Shown piece by piece: positions 9,056 through 17,240 of a DNA stretch of 64,000 bases. The notes under the pieces are model-generated. The model saw nothing but the letters and a program-made list of their open reading frames with translations, did no database searches and was not told the DNA's origin. Location: contig JAHDVX010000012.1 of assembly GCA_023382455.1 (NCBI GenBank), positions 44,519-108,518 on the forward strand, read 5' to 3'. The stretch is from Flavobacteriales bacterium. GTDB lineage: Bacteria > Bacteroidota > Bacteroidia > Flavobacteriales_F > PHOS-HE28. The position numbers were made by a program, and so were the translations under genes. Within the stretch, counting starts at the first letter, position 1, and each line of letters begins with the position of its first letter.

Positions 9056-10345
9056 ATGCGCCTTTCATACGGACCCTGGCCCGGACTTGCCGTGGCGCTT
9101 GCCCTGCTGGGAGCCCCGGACCTCCTGGCCCAGGCAGGCAACCGGGATTGCGACCCCGCCGTGATCGACTCGGTGGCCTCCAACAGCCCCGTGTGCCCGG
9201 GTGATCCCATTCAGCTTTCGGTTGCCGCCCATGGCGACATCATCGGCTATTCCTGGTCCGGACCGGGAACCGGCGAGTTCTTCACGCTGGAACCCGAATG
9301 GGAATTCCCCAGCCAGGTCCTGGGGCAATACACGGTGGTGGTGTACGGCATCTGCGGGGGCGATACGGCATCCGTCCTCATCAACGCGGAGGGTGCCGGT
9401 GCGGGCCATGACAGTACCATCCACGTGTGCAGCACGGCCTGGGCCATGGACCTGGCCCCGTACCTGGGGCCGCATGCGGAAGGCGGTACCTGGGAGCACG
9501 ACGGTGAGCCGCACAGCGGCATCTACGATCCCGCCGTGGACAATCCCGGGGAGTTCGTGTACACCTCCCCGCATCCGGCCACCTGCCCCGGAAGCTCTCC
9601 CCGGGCCACCATCACCGTGGAGGAGATCGATCTGGGCCCGGATACCACCCTGGCCATCTGCCAGGAAGATGATGCCATCGACCTGGAGGACCTGCTGCCG
9701 CCTGGCACCTCGGATGATGGAAACTGGTACCGGCAGGTGTTCATTGCCCTGGAGCCGCATTCCGGGGTGTACGACCCGGCCGTGGATTCCTCGGGAACCT
9801 TCCGCTATACGCTGGGGGCCTGCTTCACCTTGGTCACGGTGGTCGAAAACCCGTACCTGCCGTGGTATGAGGATGAGGACCAGGACGGCTATGGCGACCC
9901 GGGGGAAGTGGAGTGGAGCTGCACCCCGCCTGAAGGCTATGTGGCAGACAGCTCCGACACCTGCACGGAACTGCCCGGACGGGCAGGTGATCCGTGCGAT
10001 GATGGCCTGGAAGCCACGGTGAACGACAGCATCACCCCGGATTGCACCTGCGCCGGGATGTTGCCCACCACACTGCCGGAGCCTGGATCCGATGCCGTGG
10101 ATGCGTCCATCTGGCCGAATCCGTTTGCCGGTGGGGAGCTGTTCCTGCGTACGACCATCCGTGGTGAACTGGACATCACCGTGCTCGATGCCGCGGGCCG
10201 CCAAGTGTTCACCCGTCGGTTCGCGGCCGTTGTCGGAGGGCGGCCGATCTCGATCCAGCCCGGCCCAGGGCTGTCCCCGGGCCCCTACTGGGTGCTTGTT
10301 ACCAGCGGTGACCGGACCTCCGCCTTGCCCCTGTTGGTGCTTTAG
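9056..10345 (+). CDS. Secreted protein with T9SS C-terminal sorting domain and an Ig-like module related to the giant protein repeats
   Basis: In-frame ATG at 9056 gives MRLSYGPWPGLAVALALLGAPDLLAQ signal. The tail ...IWPNPFAGGELFL...GPYWVLVTSGDRTSALPLLVL matches the Por/T9SS CTD pattern. Has a VCPGDPIQLSVAAHGDIIGYSWSGPG motif. TACCTTTG (TAnnTTTG-like -7 box) lies at 9027-9034. Confidence 0.7.
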   Translation: MRLSYGPWPGLAVALALLGAPDLLAQAGNRDCDPAVIDSVASNSPVCPGDPIQLSVAAHGDIIGYSWSGPGTGEFFTLEPEWEFPSQVLGQYTVVVYGICGGDTASVLINAEGAGAGHDSTIHVCSTAWAMDLAPYLGPHAEGGTWEHDGEPHSGIYDPAVDNPGEFVYTSPHPATCPGSSPRATITVEEIDLGPDTTLAICQEDDAIDLEDLLPPGTSDDGNWYRQVFIALEPHSGVYDPAVDSSGTFRYTLGACFTLVTVVENPYLPWYEDEDQDGYGDPGEVEWSCTPPEGYVADSSDTCTELPGRAGDPCDDGLEATVNDSITPDCTCAGMLPTTLPEPGSDAVDASIWPNPFAGGELFLRTTIRGELDITVLDAAGRQVFTRRFAAVVGGRPISIQPGPGLSPGPYWVLVTSGDRTSALPLLVL

Positions 10346-10422
10346 GAGTAGCTCGATGGCCAAGCCCGGCGGAACCAATTGCCCGGCTCCTTCGTTCAGC
10401 GGTCCGTTTCCATCGACGGACC

Positions 10423-11076
10423 ATGAAAACGACCATCACGATCCTGGCCACCTTCCTGAGCTTGGGCCTCCGGGCACAAACGGAGCGGGCCACCTTTTCC
10501 GACGATGTGGCACAGGCCGGTCAGGCCAGCTTCGAACTGGTCTCCTTCGTGGCCACACCGGTGAACGGCGACGGCGTACGCCTGCAATGGAGCACGGGTT
10601 CGGAAGCCCCGAACAGCGCCTTCCACATCCAGCGCTCCAGCGACGGGGCCAATTGGCGGACCGTGATCACCCAGGACGGTGAAGGCGGCGGTTCCGGGTA
10701 CTCCTTCTATGAGGTGATGGACCTGGCCCCAGAACATGGGGTCACCCACTACCGCCTGCTCGCCTTGGTGCCCGGACAGACGCCGGAGTACTCCGATGAG
10801 TTCGCCGTGGTGTTCAACCCGAAACCCGTGCTGCGGATCGAGGGCGACGGCAACCCCTCACGGTTCATCGTGCAGGTGGACGGAACCATCACCGACCTGC
10901 AGATGCTGAACAACCGCGGCCAGTTCGTGCCCATGACCATCAACTACACCGGCAGTGAAGCGCTGGTGGAAGTGGCGGGCATGGAACCCGGCACCTACTA
11001 CGTGCAGGCCATGGTGGATGGCACCCCGGTGCTGCGCGAAGTCCTGGTCACGGCCACCGGCGTGATCGGCGGTTGA
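10423..11076 (+). CDS. Hypothetical small secreted protein (signal peptide)
   Basis: MKTTITILATFLSLGLRAQ signal; protein-like composition; ends GTYYVQAMVDGTPVLREVLV. Confidence 0.55.
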   Translation: MKTTITILATFLSLGLRAQTERATFSDDVAQAGQASFELVSFVATPVNGDGVRLQWSTGSEAPNSAFHIQRSSDGANWRTVITQDGEGGGSGYSFYEVMDLAPEHGVTHYRLLALVPGQTPEYSDEFAVVFNPKPVLRIEGDGNPSRFIVQVDGTITDLQMLNNRGQFVPMTINYTGSEALVEVAGMEPGTYYVQAMVDGTPVLREVLVTATGVIGG

Positions 11077-11209
11077 CCAGCCACGGGCCTCCCGCATTGG
11101 CCCCGCCACGCTGTTCAGCAGCTGGAGGGGACCACTTGGCGGCCTGCGTTGCAGGCCCCCGTGAGCGCCGGCCGCCTACCTTGGCCCGAGCCTTGTGCTT
11201 GTACGCCTC

Positions 11210-14200
11210 ATGCGCCGCCCGTTACTGCTCCTGTCCATCGCCTTGTTGCTGGGCCTGTGCAGCACGTTCGTCCGGGACCGGTCGCCGCAGGAACGCTTGG
11301 ACCGTGCGGCAGCGGTGCTGCAGGCGCGGGTCGATCAAGCCCATGCCGCACTGCGTTCAGATGCCGATGAGGTGCTGGCGCAGGACACCCTGGACATGGG
11401 CGGGACCCACGCCTCGGGCGAAGGCGGCATGCGCCTGTACCGCCATCACCGGGTGACCGCATGGACGGACCATGCCCCCATCGCGGATGCCGCACTGGAC
11501 ACCGTGCGAGGCGCACACTTGGACCTGGCGGATGGTACCTACCTCCATGCCTATGCCGAAGGGGATGGCCGAAGTGTCCATGCCTTGGCGCGGATCTGGT
11601 TCCAGCCGCCTTTCGAGAACCAGTACCTGCGTGCCCGGTTCGATCCCGGCTTCACGCTTCCCGAAGGCATCGCCGCCTCCAACGCGCCCGGGCTCGGCCC
11701 GGTGGTGCGCGATGGCGACGGCGAGGTTTTGCTCCGCCTCTTCTGGAAGGACGACATCGTGCTGCCGGGCACTGGCGCCCGCATGTCGCTCCTGCTTGGC
11801 TTGGTCGCGTTGGTGCTGGCCGTGGCGGCGCTTTGGAAATGGGCCGGGAGCCTACGCCCATGGGCAGGGTTACTCCTCTTCCTGGTAATCCTCTGGGGCC
11901 TCCGCTTGGCCACCCTGGCCCACGGCAGTTACGAGGCACTGGCTTCTTGGCCGCTCTTCGATCCCTCCCTGTTCGCGTCCTCCTTCTTCATGCCCTCCCT
12001 GGGCGATCTGCTCATCAATACGGCGGTGCTCCTCCTTACGGCGCTTTTCTTCCATGTCACGGTGAACCGCCTGAAGGCACCGGGCCGTGCCGTGCCGGTG
12101 GCCTTGGCATCACTGGCCCTGATCTGCGCCTTCGCTGACGTCATCGGCACCGTGATGATCGCCTTGGTGCACGACAGCAGCGTGAGCCTCGACCTCTTCC
12201 GCGTGCAGGATTTTGACGGCTACAGCGTGGCAGCGCTCCTGGCCATCGCCGGGCTGCTCTTCGCCTGGTGCGTGCTGGCCGATGCATTGGTCCGGTGGGT
12301 CGCTCCCCCGATGGCTGGCGGAAGGGCCTTGGCCTTGGCCGCCGGTGCCTGCGCCGCCTTGGCCTTGGTGAACCATTTTTCCGGACAATACGACCTGGTC
12401 CTTTCCCTTTGGCCGCTCCCCGTGCTGGCGTTGGTCCACCGGCTGCGGAAGCGCAGCGGCACCATCCCGGTGCTGCTGTTGGTGGCCGTGCTGGCGGTGT
12501 TCACGGCCCATGTGCTCAACCGGCAGTCCTTCAAGCGCATCGAGCTGGAGCGGGAGGCCTTGGCCGAGAACGCCACCACGCGGGAAGATCCCGTGATCGA
12601 GCTGCTGTTCGCCGAAGCCAAGCGCGAAATGGCCCGGGACCAACCGCTCCTAGCCTGGGCCGGCAGCGGTTCGCCTTGTACCTCCAGCGACCTGGACCGC
12701 ATGGTGCGCCAACCCTTCTTCACCGGCTATTGGGACCGGTACGACCTGCGCCTCTACCTCGTGTCCGGGCGGTCGTTCTGCTCCACCTCCCCGGACGGTG
12801 CCCCCTCGGCCCAAGCCATCATCGACCGCTACGAGCAGGGCGTGCCCACGGGTGAACCAACAGACCTGCGCATCACCGACCGGCCGGGGGAAGACGCCCT
12901 CTACATGGGGCGGGTGCACCTGGACAGCGCCCTGCTGTTCCTGGAACTTCGCCCTCGCCTGGTGGCCGACGGCCTCGGCTTTCCCGAACTCCTCCTGGCC
13001 GGCCCGCCCCCCTCGTCCATCAACCCGGGCCGCTACGCACAGGCACGCTACGAGCGCGGGTTGCTCACCGCCAGCTCAGGGCCGTACATCTTTCCCATCA
13101 CGTGGAGCCGGGCCGCCCCGGGTGAGGGCCTGCGATGGGTCCAGGACGGCTATGACCTGTTGGCCAAGGGCGACCCGCACGGCTCGTTGGTGGTGCTAGG
13201 CTCCAGGATCCCCGATCCGTGGGACCATGTGACCACCTTCTCCTACCTCTTCCTGTTCTACTGCCTGCTCGTCTTGGTCGTCGGCGGATGCCGGCTGCTG
13301 GTGCGCAGCGAGCGTGGGGCCGTGGTGGGCGTGGGAGGGAAGGTGCGCCTGGGTGTTGCCGGGTTCGCCGTGGCCAGCCTGCTGCTCTTCAGCCTGGGCA
13401 TGCGGCACACGGTGGATGCGCGCCAGGAGAACCGCAGCACGCGCATCATGGGCGAGCGTACGCGGGGTGTGTTGAACGAGCTGCGCCAAACGCTCCACGG
13501 CGAATCGGCACTCTCACCTTCCATGGCACCGTACCTGGACCACTTGCTGGGCAAACTCAGCAACGTGTTCTTCACCGACCTCACCCTCTACGCCCCGGAC
13601 GGTACGCTCTTCGCCACCTCCCGCGAGCAGGTGTTCAACACCGGCCTGCTCGGCAGGCGCATGGATCCCCGTGCCTTCCGGCACCTGGCCATGGAGGGCG
13701 CCTCCTTCTTCTTCCACGGTGAGCACATCGGCCAGGCGCGCTTCACCACCGCCTACATGCCCTTCCGCAACGACCAGGGCAAGGTGCTGGCCTACCTCGC
13801 CCTGCCCTATTTCGCGCGGCAGACGGAGGTGGAGCAGGAACGCGCGGCCGCCTATGTGGCCTTGGTCAACCTCTTCACCCTGCTCTTCCTGCTGAGCGTG
13901 GTGGCCGCAGCGTTGATCACCCACTGGACCACCCGCCCGCTGGAACTGCTGCGGCGCGGCCTGGAACGCATCGGCCTCGGGGCGCGCAACGAGCCCATCA
14001 ACTACCGCGGCAACGATGAACTGGGCCAGCTGGTGCGCGTGTACAACCGCAAGGTGGAGGAGCTGCGCGAAAGCGCCCTGAAGCTGGCCCGCAGCGAGCG
14101 CGAGAGCGCCTGGCGCGAAATGGCCAAGCAGGTGGCGCACGAGATCAAGAACCCGCTCACCCCGATGAAGCTCAACATCCAGCAGTTCCGCCGCACGTGG

Positions 14201-14800
14201 GACCCGGCCATGCCCGATGCCCGGGAGCGCCTGGACCGCTTCAGCGCCGGACTGGTGGAGCAGATCGACGTGCTGAGCCGCATTGCCGGCGAGTTCTCGC
14301 ACTTCGCGCAGGTGCCGCCCGCACAGCCCCGGCCCGTGGACCTCGCCGAGGTGGCGCGCACCGCCGTCCAGCTCTTCGCCGACACGCCGGGCCACACCGT
14401 GCACCTGCAAGGCGAAGGCCCGCTGCCCGTACTGGCCGACCGCGAGCACCTCCTGCGCGTGTTCAACAACCTGATCAAGAACGCGCTGCAAGCCGTCCCC
14501 GAAGAGCGGCAAGGGCGTGTGGACGTGGTATTGCGCCGCAGCGGCGGCGAGGCCGTGGCCGAAGTGCGGGACAACGGCACGGGCATCGCGCCGGAGGACC
14601 GCGACCGCATCTTCCAGCCCAGCTTCACCACCAAGACCAGCGGCATGGGCCTGGGCCTGGCCATGGTGAAACGCATGGTGGAGCAGGCCGGCGGCAGGGT
14701 GCATTTTGAAAGCACCACGGAACCGGGGCGCAGCGGTTCCGCCTTCTTTGTCACGCTTCCCCTGGACCACCCTCCGGTACATTTGCCCGGAACAGATTGA
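11210..14800 (+). CDS. Membrane sensor histidine kinase (~1196 aa) with polytopic N-terminal region, large extracytoplasmic domain, HAMP-like linker, HisKA and HATPase_c
   Basis: ATG at 11210 (track ORF starts at an upstream GTG). H-box HEIKNPLTPM; N/G-box NLIKNALQAV...DNGTGIAPEDRDRIFQPSFTTK..GMGLGLAMVKRMVE; many hydrophobic helices at the N-terminus. Confidence 0.85.
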   Translation: MRRPLLLLSIALLLGLCSTFVRDRSPQERLDRAAAVLQARVDQAHAALRSDADEVLAQDTLDMGGTHASGEGGMRLYRHHRVTAWTDHAPIADAALDTVRGAHLDLADGTYLHAYAEGDGRSVHALARIWFQPPFENQYLRARFDPGFTLPEGIAASNAPGLGPVVRDGDGEVLLRLFWKDDIVLPGTGARMSLLLGLVALVLAVAALWKWAGSLRPWAGLLLFLVILWGLRLATLAHGSYEALASWPLFDPSLFASSFFMPSLGDLLINTAVLLLTALFFHVTVNRLKAPGRAVPVALASLALICAFADVIGTVMIALVHDSSVSLDLFRVQDFDGYSVAALLAIAGLLFAWCVLADALVRWVAPPMAGGRALALAAGACAALALVNHFSGQYDLVLSLWPLPVLALVHRLRKRSGTIPVLLLVAVLAVFTAHVLNRQSFKRIELEREALAENATTREDPVIELLFAEAKREMARDQPLLAWAGSGSPCTSSDLDRMVRQPFFTGYWDRYDLRLYLVSGRSFCSTSPDGAPSAQAIIDRYEQGVPTGEPTDLRITDRPGEDALYMGRVHLDSALLFLELRPRLVADGLGFPELLLAGPPPSSINPGRYAQARYERGLLTASSGPYIFPITWSRAAPGEGLRWVQDGYDLLAKGDPHGSLVVLGSRIPDPWDHVTTFSYLFLFYCLLVLVVGGCRLLVRSERGAVVGVGGKVRLGVAGFAVASLLLFSLGMRHTVDARQENRSTRIMGERTRGVLNELRQTLHGESALSPSMAPYLDHLLGKLSNVFFTDLTLYAPDGTLFATSREQVFNTGLLGRRMDPRAFRHLAMEGASFFFHGEHIGQARFTTAYMPFRNDQGKVLAYLALPYFARQTEVEQERAAAYVALVNLFTLLFLLSVVAAALITHWTTRPLELLRRGLERIGLGARNEPINYRGNDELGQLVRVYNRKVEELRESALKLARSERESAWREMAKQVAHEIKNPLTPMKLNIQQFRRTWDPAMPDARERLDRFSAGLVEQIDVLSRIAGEFSHFAQVPPAQPRPVDLAEVARTAVQLFADTPGHTVHLQGEGPLPVLADREHLLRVFNNLIKNALQAVPEERQGRVDVVLRRSGGEAVAEVRDNGTGIAPEDRDRIFQPSFTTKTSGMGLGLAMVKRMVEQAGGRVHFESTTEPGRSGSAFFVTLPLDHPPVHLPGTD

Positions 14801-14814
14801 ACGAGCAAGTCCCC

Positions 14815-15594
14815 ATGGCCTACCAGAACATCCTGATCACCGATGCCGACGGCATCCGCACCATCACCATCAACCGCCCCGACCAGCTGAATGCGTTGAA
14901 CAGGGATACCATCAACGAACTTGACCAGGCGCTGACCGAGGCCGAGGCCGACAAAACCGTGCGCGTGCTCATCCTTACAGGCAGCGGCCCCAAGGCCTTC
15001 GTGGCGGGCGCGGACATCAAGGAATTCGCACATTTCAGCGTGGCCGATGGCAAAGCCCTCAGTGCCGACGGGCACCGCAAGCTCTTCGACCATGTGGAGC
15101 AGCTGAACAAACCGGTGATCGCCGCGGTGAACGGCTTCGCGCTGGGCGGTGGCCTGGAACTGGCCATGAGCTGCCACTTCCGCGTGGCCAGCGACAACGC
15201 GCGCATGGGCCTGCCGGAGACCAGCCTGGGCGTGATCCCCGGCTACGGCGGCACGCAGCGCCTGGCCCGCCTGGTGGGCAAGGGCAAGGCCATGGAAATG
15301 ATCTTCACCGCCGGCATGATCAAGGCGGACGAGGCCCTGCAATGGGGCTTGGTGAACCACGTTGTACCCCAGGACCAGCTGCTGGCCAGGTGCAACGAGC
15401 TGGCCGCCGCCATCCTGAAGAACTCACCCACCGCCCTGGCCGCCGCCATCCGTGCGGTGAATGCCGGCTTCGAGCCCGGTGCCGACGGCATGCAGCGCGA
15501 GATCGAGGAGTTCGGCAAATGCTTCGGCACCGCCGATTTCAAGGAGGGCACCACGGCCTTCATGGAGAAGCGCAAGGCGGTGTTCAAGGGGTAG
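14815..15594 (+). CDS. Enoyl-CoA hydratase/isomerase (crotonase family)
   Basis: PVIAAVNGFALGGGLELAMSCHFRVAS..GLPETSLGVIPGYGGTQRL crotonase signature. Confidence 0.9.
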   Translation: MAYQNILITDADGIRTITINRPDQLNALNRDTINELDQALTEAEADKTVRVLILTGSGPKAFVAGADIKEFAHFSVADGKALSADGHRKLFDHVEQLNKPVIAAVNGFALGGGLELAMSCHFRVASDNARMGLPETSLGVIPGYGGTQRLARLVGKGKAMEMIFTAGMIKADEALQWGLVNHVVPQDQLLARCNELAAAILKNSPTALAAAIRAVNAGFEPGADGMQREIEEFGKCFGTADFKEGTTAFMEKRKAVFKG

Positions 15595-15598
15595 CAGG

Positions 15599-15696
15599 AC
15601 CACGGATGCACACGGATAAACACGGATCCATGTGTTTGGCACGGAGAGCTGGTCAACCCTCTTGCCCATCCGTGTGCATCCGTGTTGATCCGTGGT
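15599..15696. promoter_or_regulatory. Imperfect long inverted repeat built from three 10-bp-phased ACACGGAT units per arm, in the intergenic region upstream of the flippase gene
   Basis: aCCACGGATgcACACGGATaaACACGGATcc ...45 nt... ccATCCGTGTgcATCCGTGTtgATCCGTGG. Confidence 0.5.
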
Positions 15697-15706
15697 TCCC
15701 GCAATC

Positions 15707-17194
15707 ATGAGCGTGCTGCGCAAACTCGCCGGCCAAACGGCCATCTACGGGGCCAGCAGCATCGTTGCGCGCTTCCTCAACTACCTGCTGACGCCGCTGT
15801 ATACCAGCCGGGGCGTGTTCGCGCCGGCGGCCTTCGGGGTCATCACCTCGCTCTACGCCTGGACGGCCTTCCTGAACGTGGTGCTCACCTACGGCATGGA
15901 GACCACGTATTTCCGCTTCGCCACCAAGCACCGCGACAACCCGCGGATCTTCGCCACCTCCGCCTGGTTGCTGGCCTTCACCAGCAGCGTGTTCATCACC
16001 GTGGGGCTGCTGTGCGCGCGGTCCATCGCCGAGGCCATCGGCTATCCGGAACAGGTGTTCTCCGTGCGGATGCTCATCGCCATCATCGGTGTGGAGGCCG
16101 CCACGGCCGTGCCCTTGGCCAGCCTGCGGCTGAAGGAGCGGCCCTGGAAGTTCGCGGGGGTGAACATCCTCAGCGTGCTGGTGACCGTGGTGGGCAACCT
16201 CTTCATCTTCCTGTACTGCAAGCCCCGCTTCGATGCCGGCAACCCCGACGCGCTGGTGCAGGCCGTGTACGACCCCGCCATCGGCGTGGGCTACGTGTTC
16301 CTGATCAACCTGATCGGCTCGGCGGTGAAGTTCCTGTTGCTGCTGCCCGAGTGGCCCGCCCCGCACCTGGGCCGCAAGGATACCGGCTTCGATGCCAAGC
16401 TGCTGCGGCCCATGCTCGCCTTCGGGCTGCCGCTGCTGGTGGCCGGCCTGGCGGGCATGACCAACGAGACCGCCGACCGCGTGCTGATGAAGCACCTGCT
16501 GCCTGCCGACGTGGCCGATGCGCAGATCGGCATCTACGGCGCCTCCTACAAGCTGGCCATCCTGATCACGCTCTTCATCCAGGCCTTCCGCTTCGCCGCG
16601 GAACCCTTCTTCTTCAGCCACGCCAAGGAGAAGGACAGCCGGGAGACCTTCGCCCGCATCATGAACATCTTCGTGGCCGTGTGCATGGGCGCCTTCCTGC
16701 TGGTGATGCTCTTCCTGGACCTGTTCCGCTGGTTCATCCCCAACCCGGCGTACTGGCCCGGCCTGGTGGTGGTGCCCATCCTGATGATGGCCAACGTGTT
16801 CCTGGGCATCTACTACAACCAGAGCGTGTGGTACAAGCTGAGCGACCGCACGCGCGCCGGCAGCACCATCTCCATCATCGGCGCGGTGATCACCTTGGTG
16901 CTGCTCTTCTGGTGGATCCCGATGTTCGGCTACATCGGCGCAGCCTGGGCCACCTTCATCTGCTACGCCGCCATGGCCGTGGTGAGCTACGTGTGGGGCC
17001 AGAAGCACTACCCCGTTCCGTACAACGTGCGGCGGGTGCTGGGCTACATGGCCGGTGGCGTGTTCCTGTGGTGGGCCTGTGAGCAGTTGCCGCTGGAAGG
17101 TGCCTTGAAATACGCCCTGCGCGCCGTGGCCTTGCTGGGCTTCTTGGCCACGGCGTGGAAGCTTGAGAGCGCACCGGGGAAGAAGAGCGCGTGA
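15707..17194 (+). CDS. Polysaccharide biosynthesis protein / oligosaccharide flippase (Wzx-like, MOP superfamily)
   Basis: ~12-14 predicted TM helices; MSVLRKLAGQTAIYGASSIVARFLNYLLTPLYT matches the polysaccharide-biosynthesis flippase N-terminus. Confidence 0.75.
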   Translation: MSVLRKLAGQTAIYGASSIVARFLNYLLTPLYTSRGVFAPAAFGVITSLYAWTAFLNVVLTYGMETTYFRFATKHRDNPRIFATSAWLLAFTSSVFITVGLLCARSIAEAIGYPEQVFSVRMLIAIIGVEAATAVPLASLRLKERPWKFAGVNILSVLVTVVGNLFIFLYCKPRFDAGNPDALVQAVYDPAIGVGYVFLINLIGSAVKFLLLLPEWPAPHLGRKDTGFDAKLLRPMLAFGLPLLVAGLAGMTNETADRVLMKHLLPADVADAQIGIYGASYKLAILITLFIQAFRFAAEPFFFSHAKEKDSRETFARIMNIFVAVCMGAFLLVMLFLDLFRWFIPNPAYWPGLVVVPILMMANVFLGIYYNQSVWYKLSDRTRAGSTISIIGAVITLVLLFWWIPMFGYIGAAWATFICYAAMAVVSYVWGQKHYPVPYNVRRVLGYMAGGVFLWWACEQLPLEGALKYALRAVALLGFLATAWKLESAPGKKSA

Positions 17195-17240
17195 GCTCGC
17201 CACGATCCGCCGGAGGAAATGCGGTGCCGGACCTCCGTCG

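Noticed and set aside
6805-9204. 799-aa plus-strand ORF
   Set aside because: Out-of-frame/antisense read-through of the adhesin N-terminal domain and the intergenic region; low-complexity G/R/V-rich.
13514-14782. 422-aa minus ORF
   Set aside because: Antisense to the histidine kinase; A/G/H-rich low-complexity.
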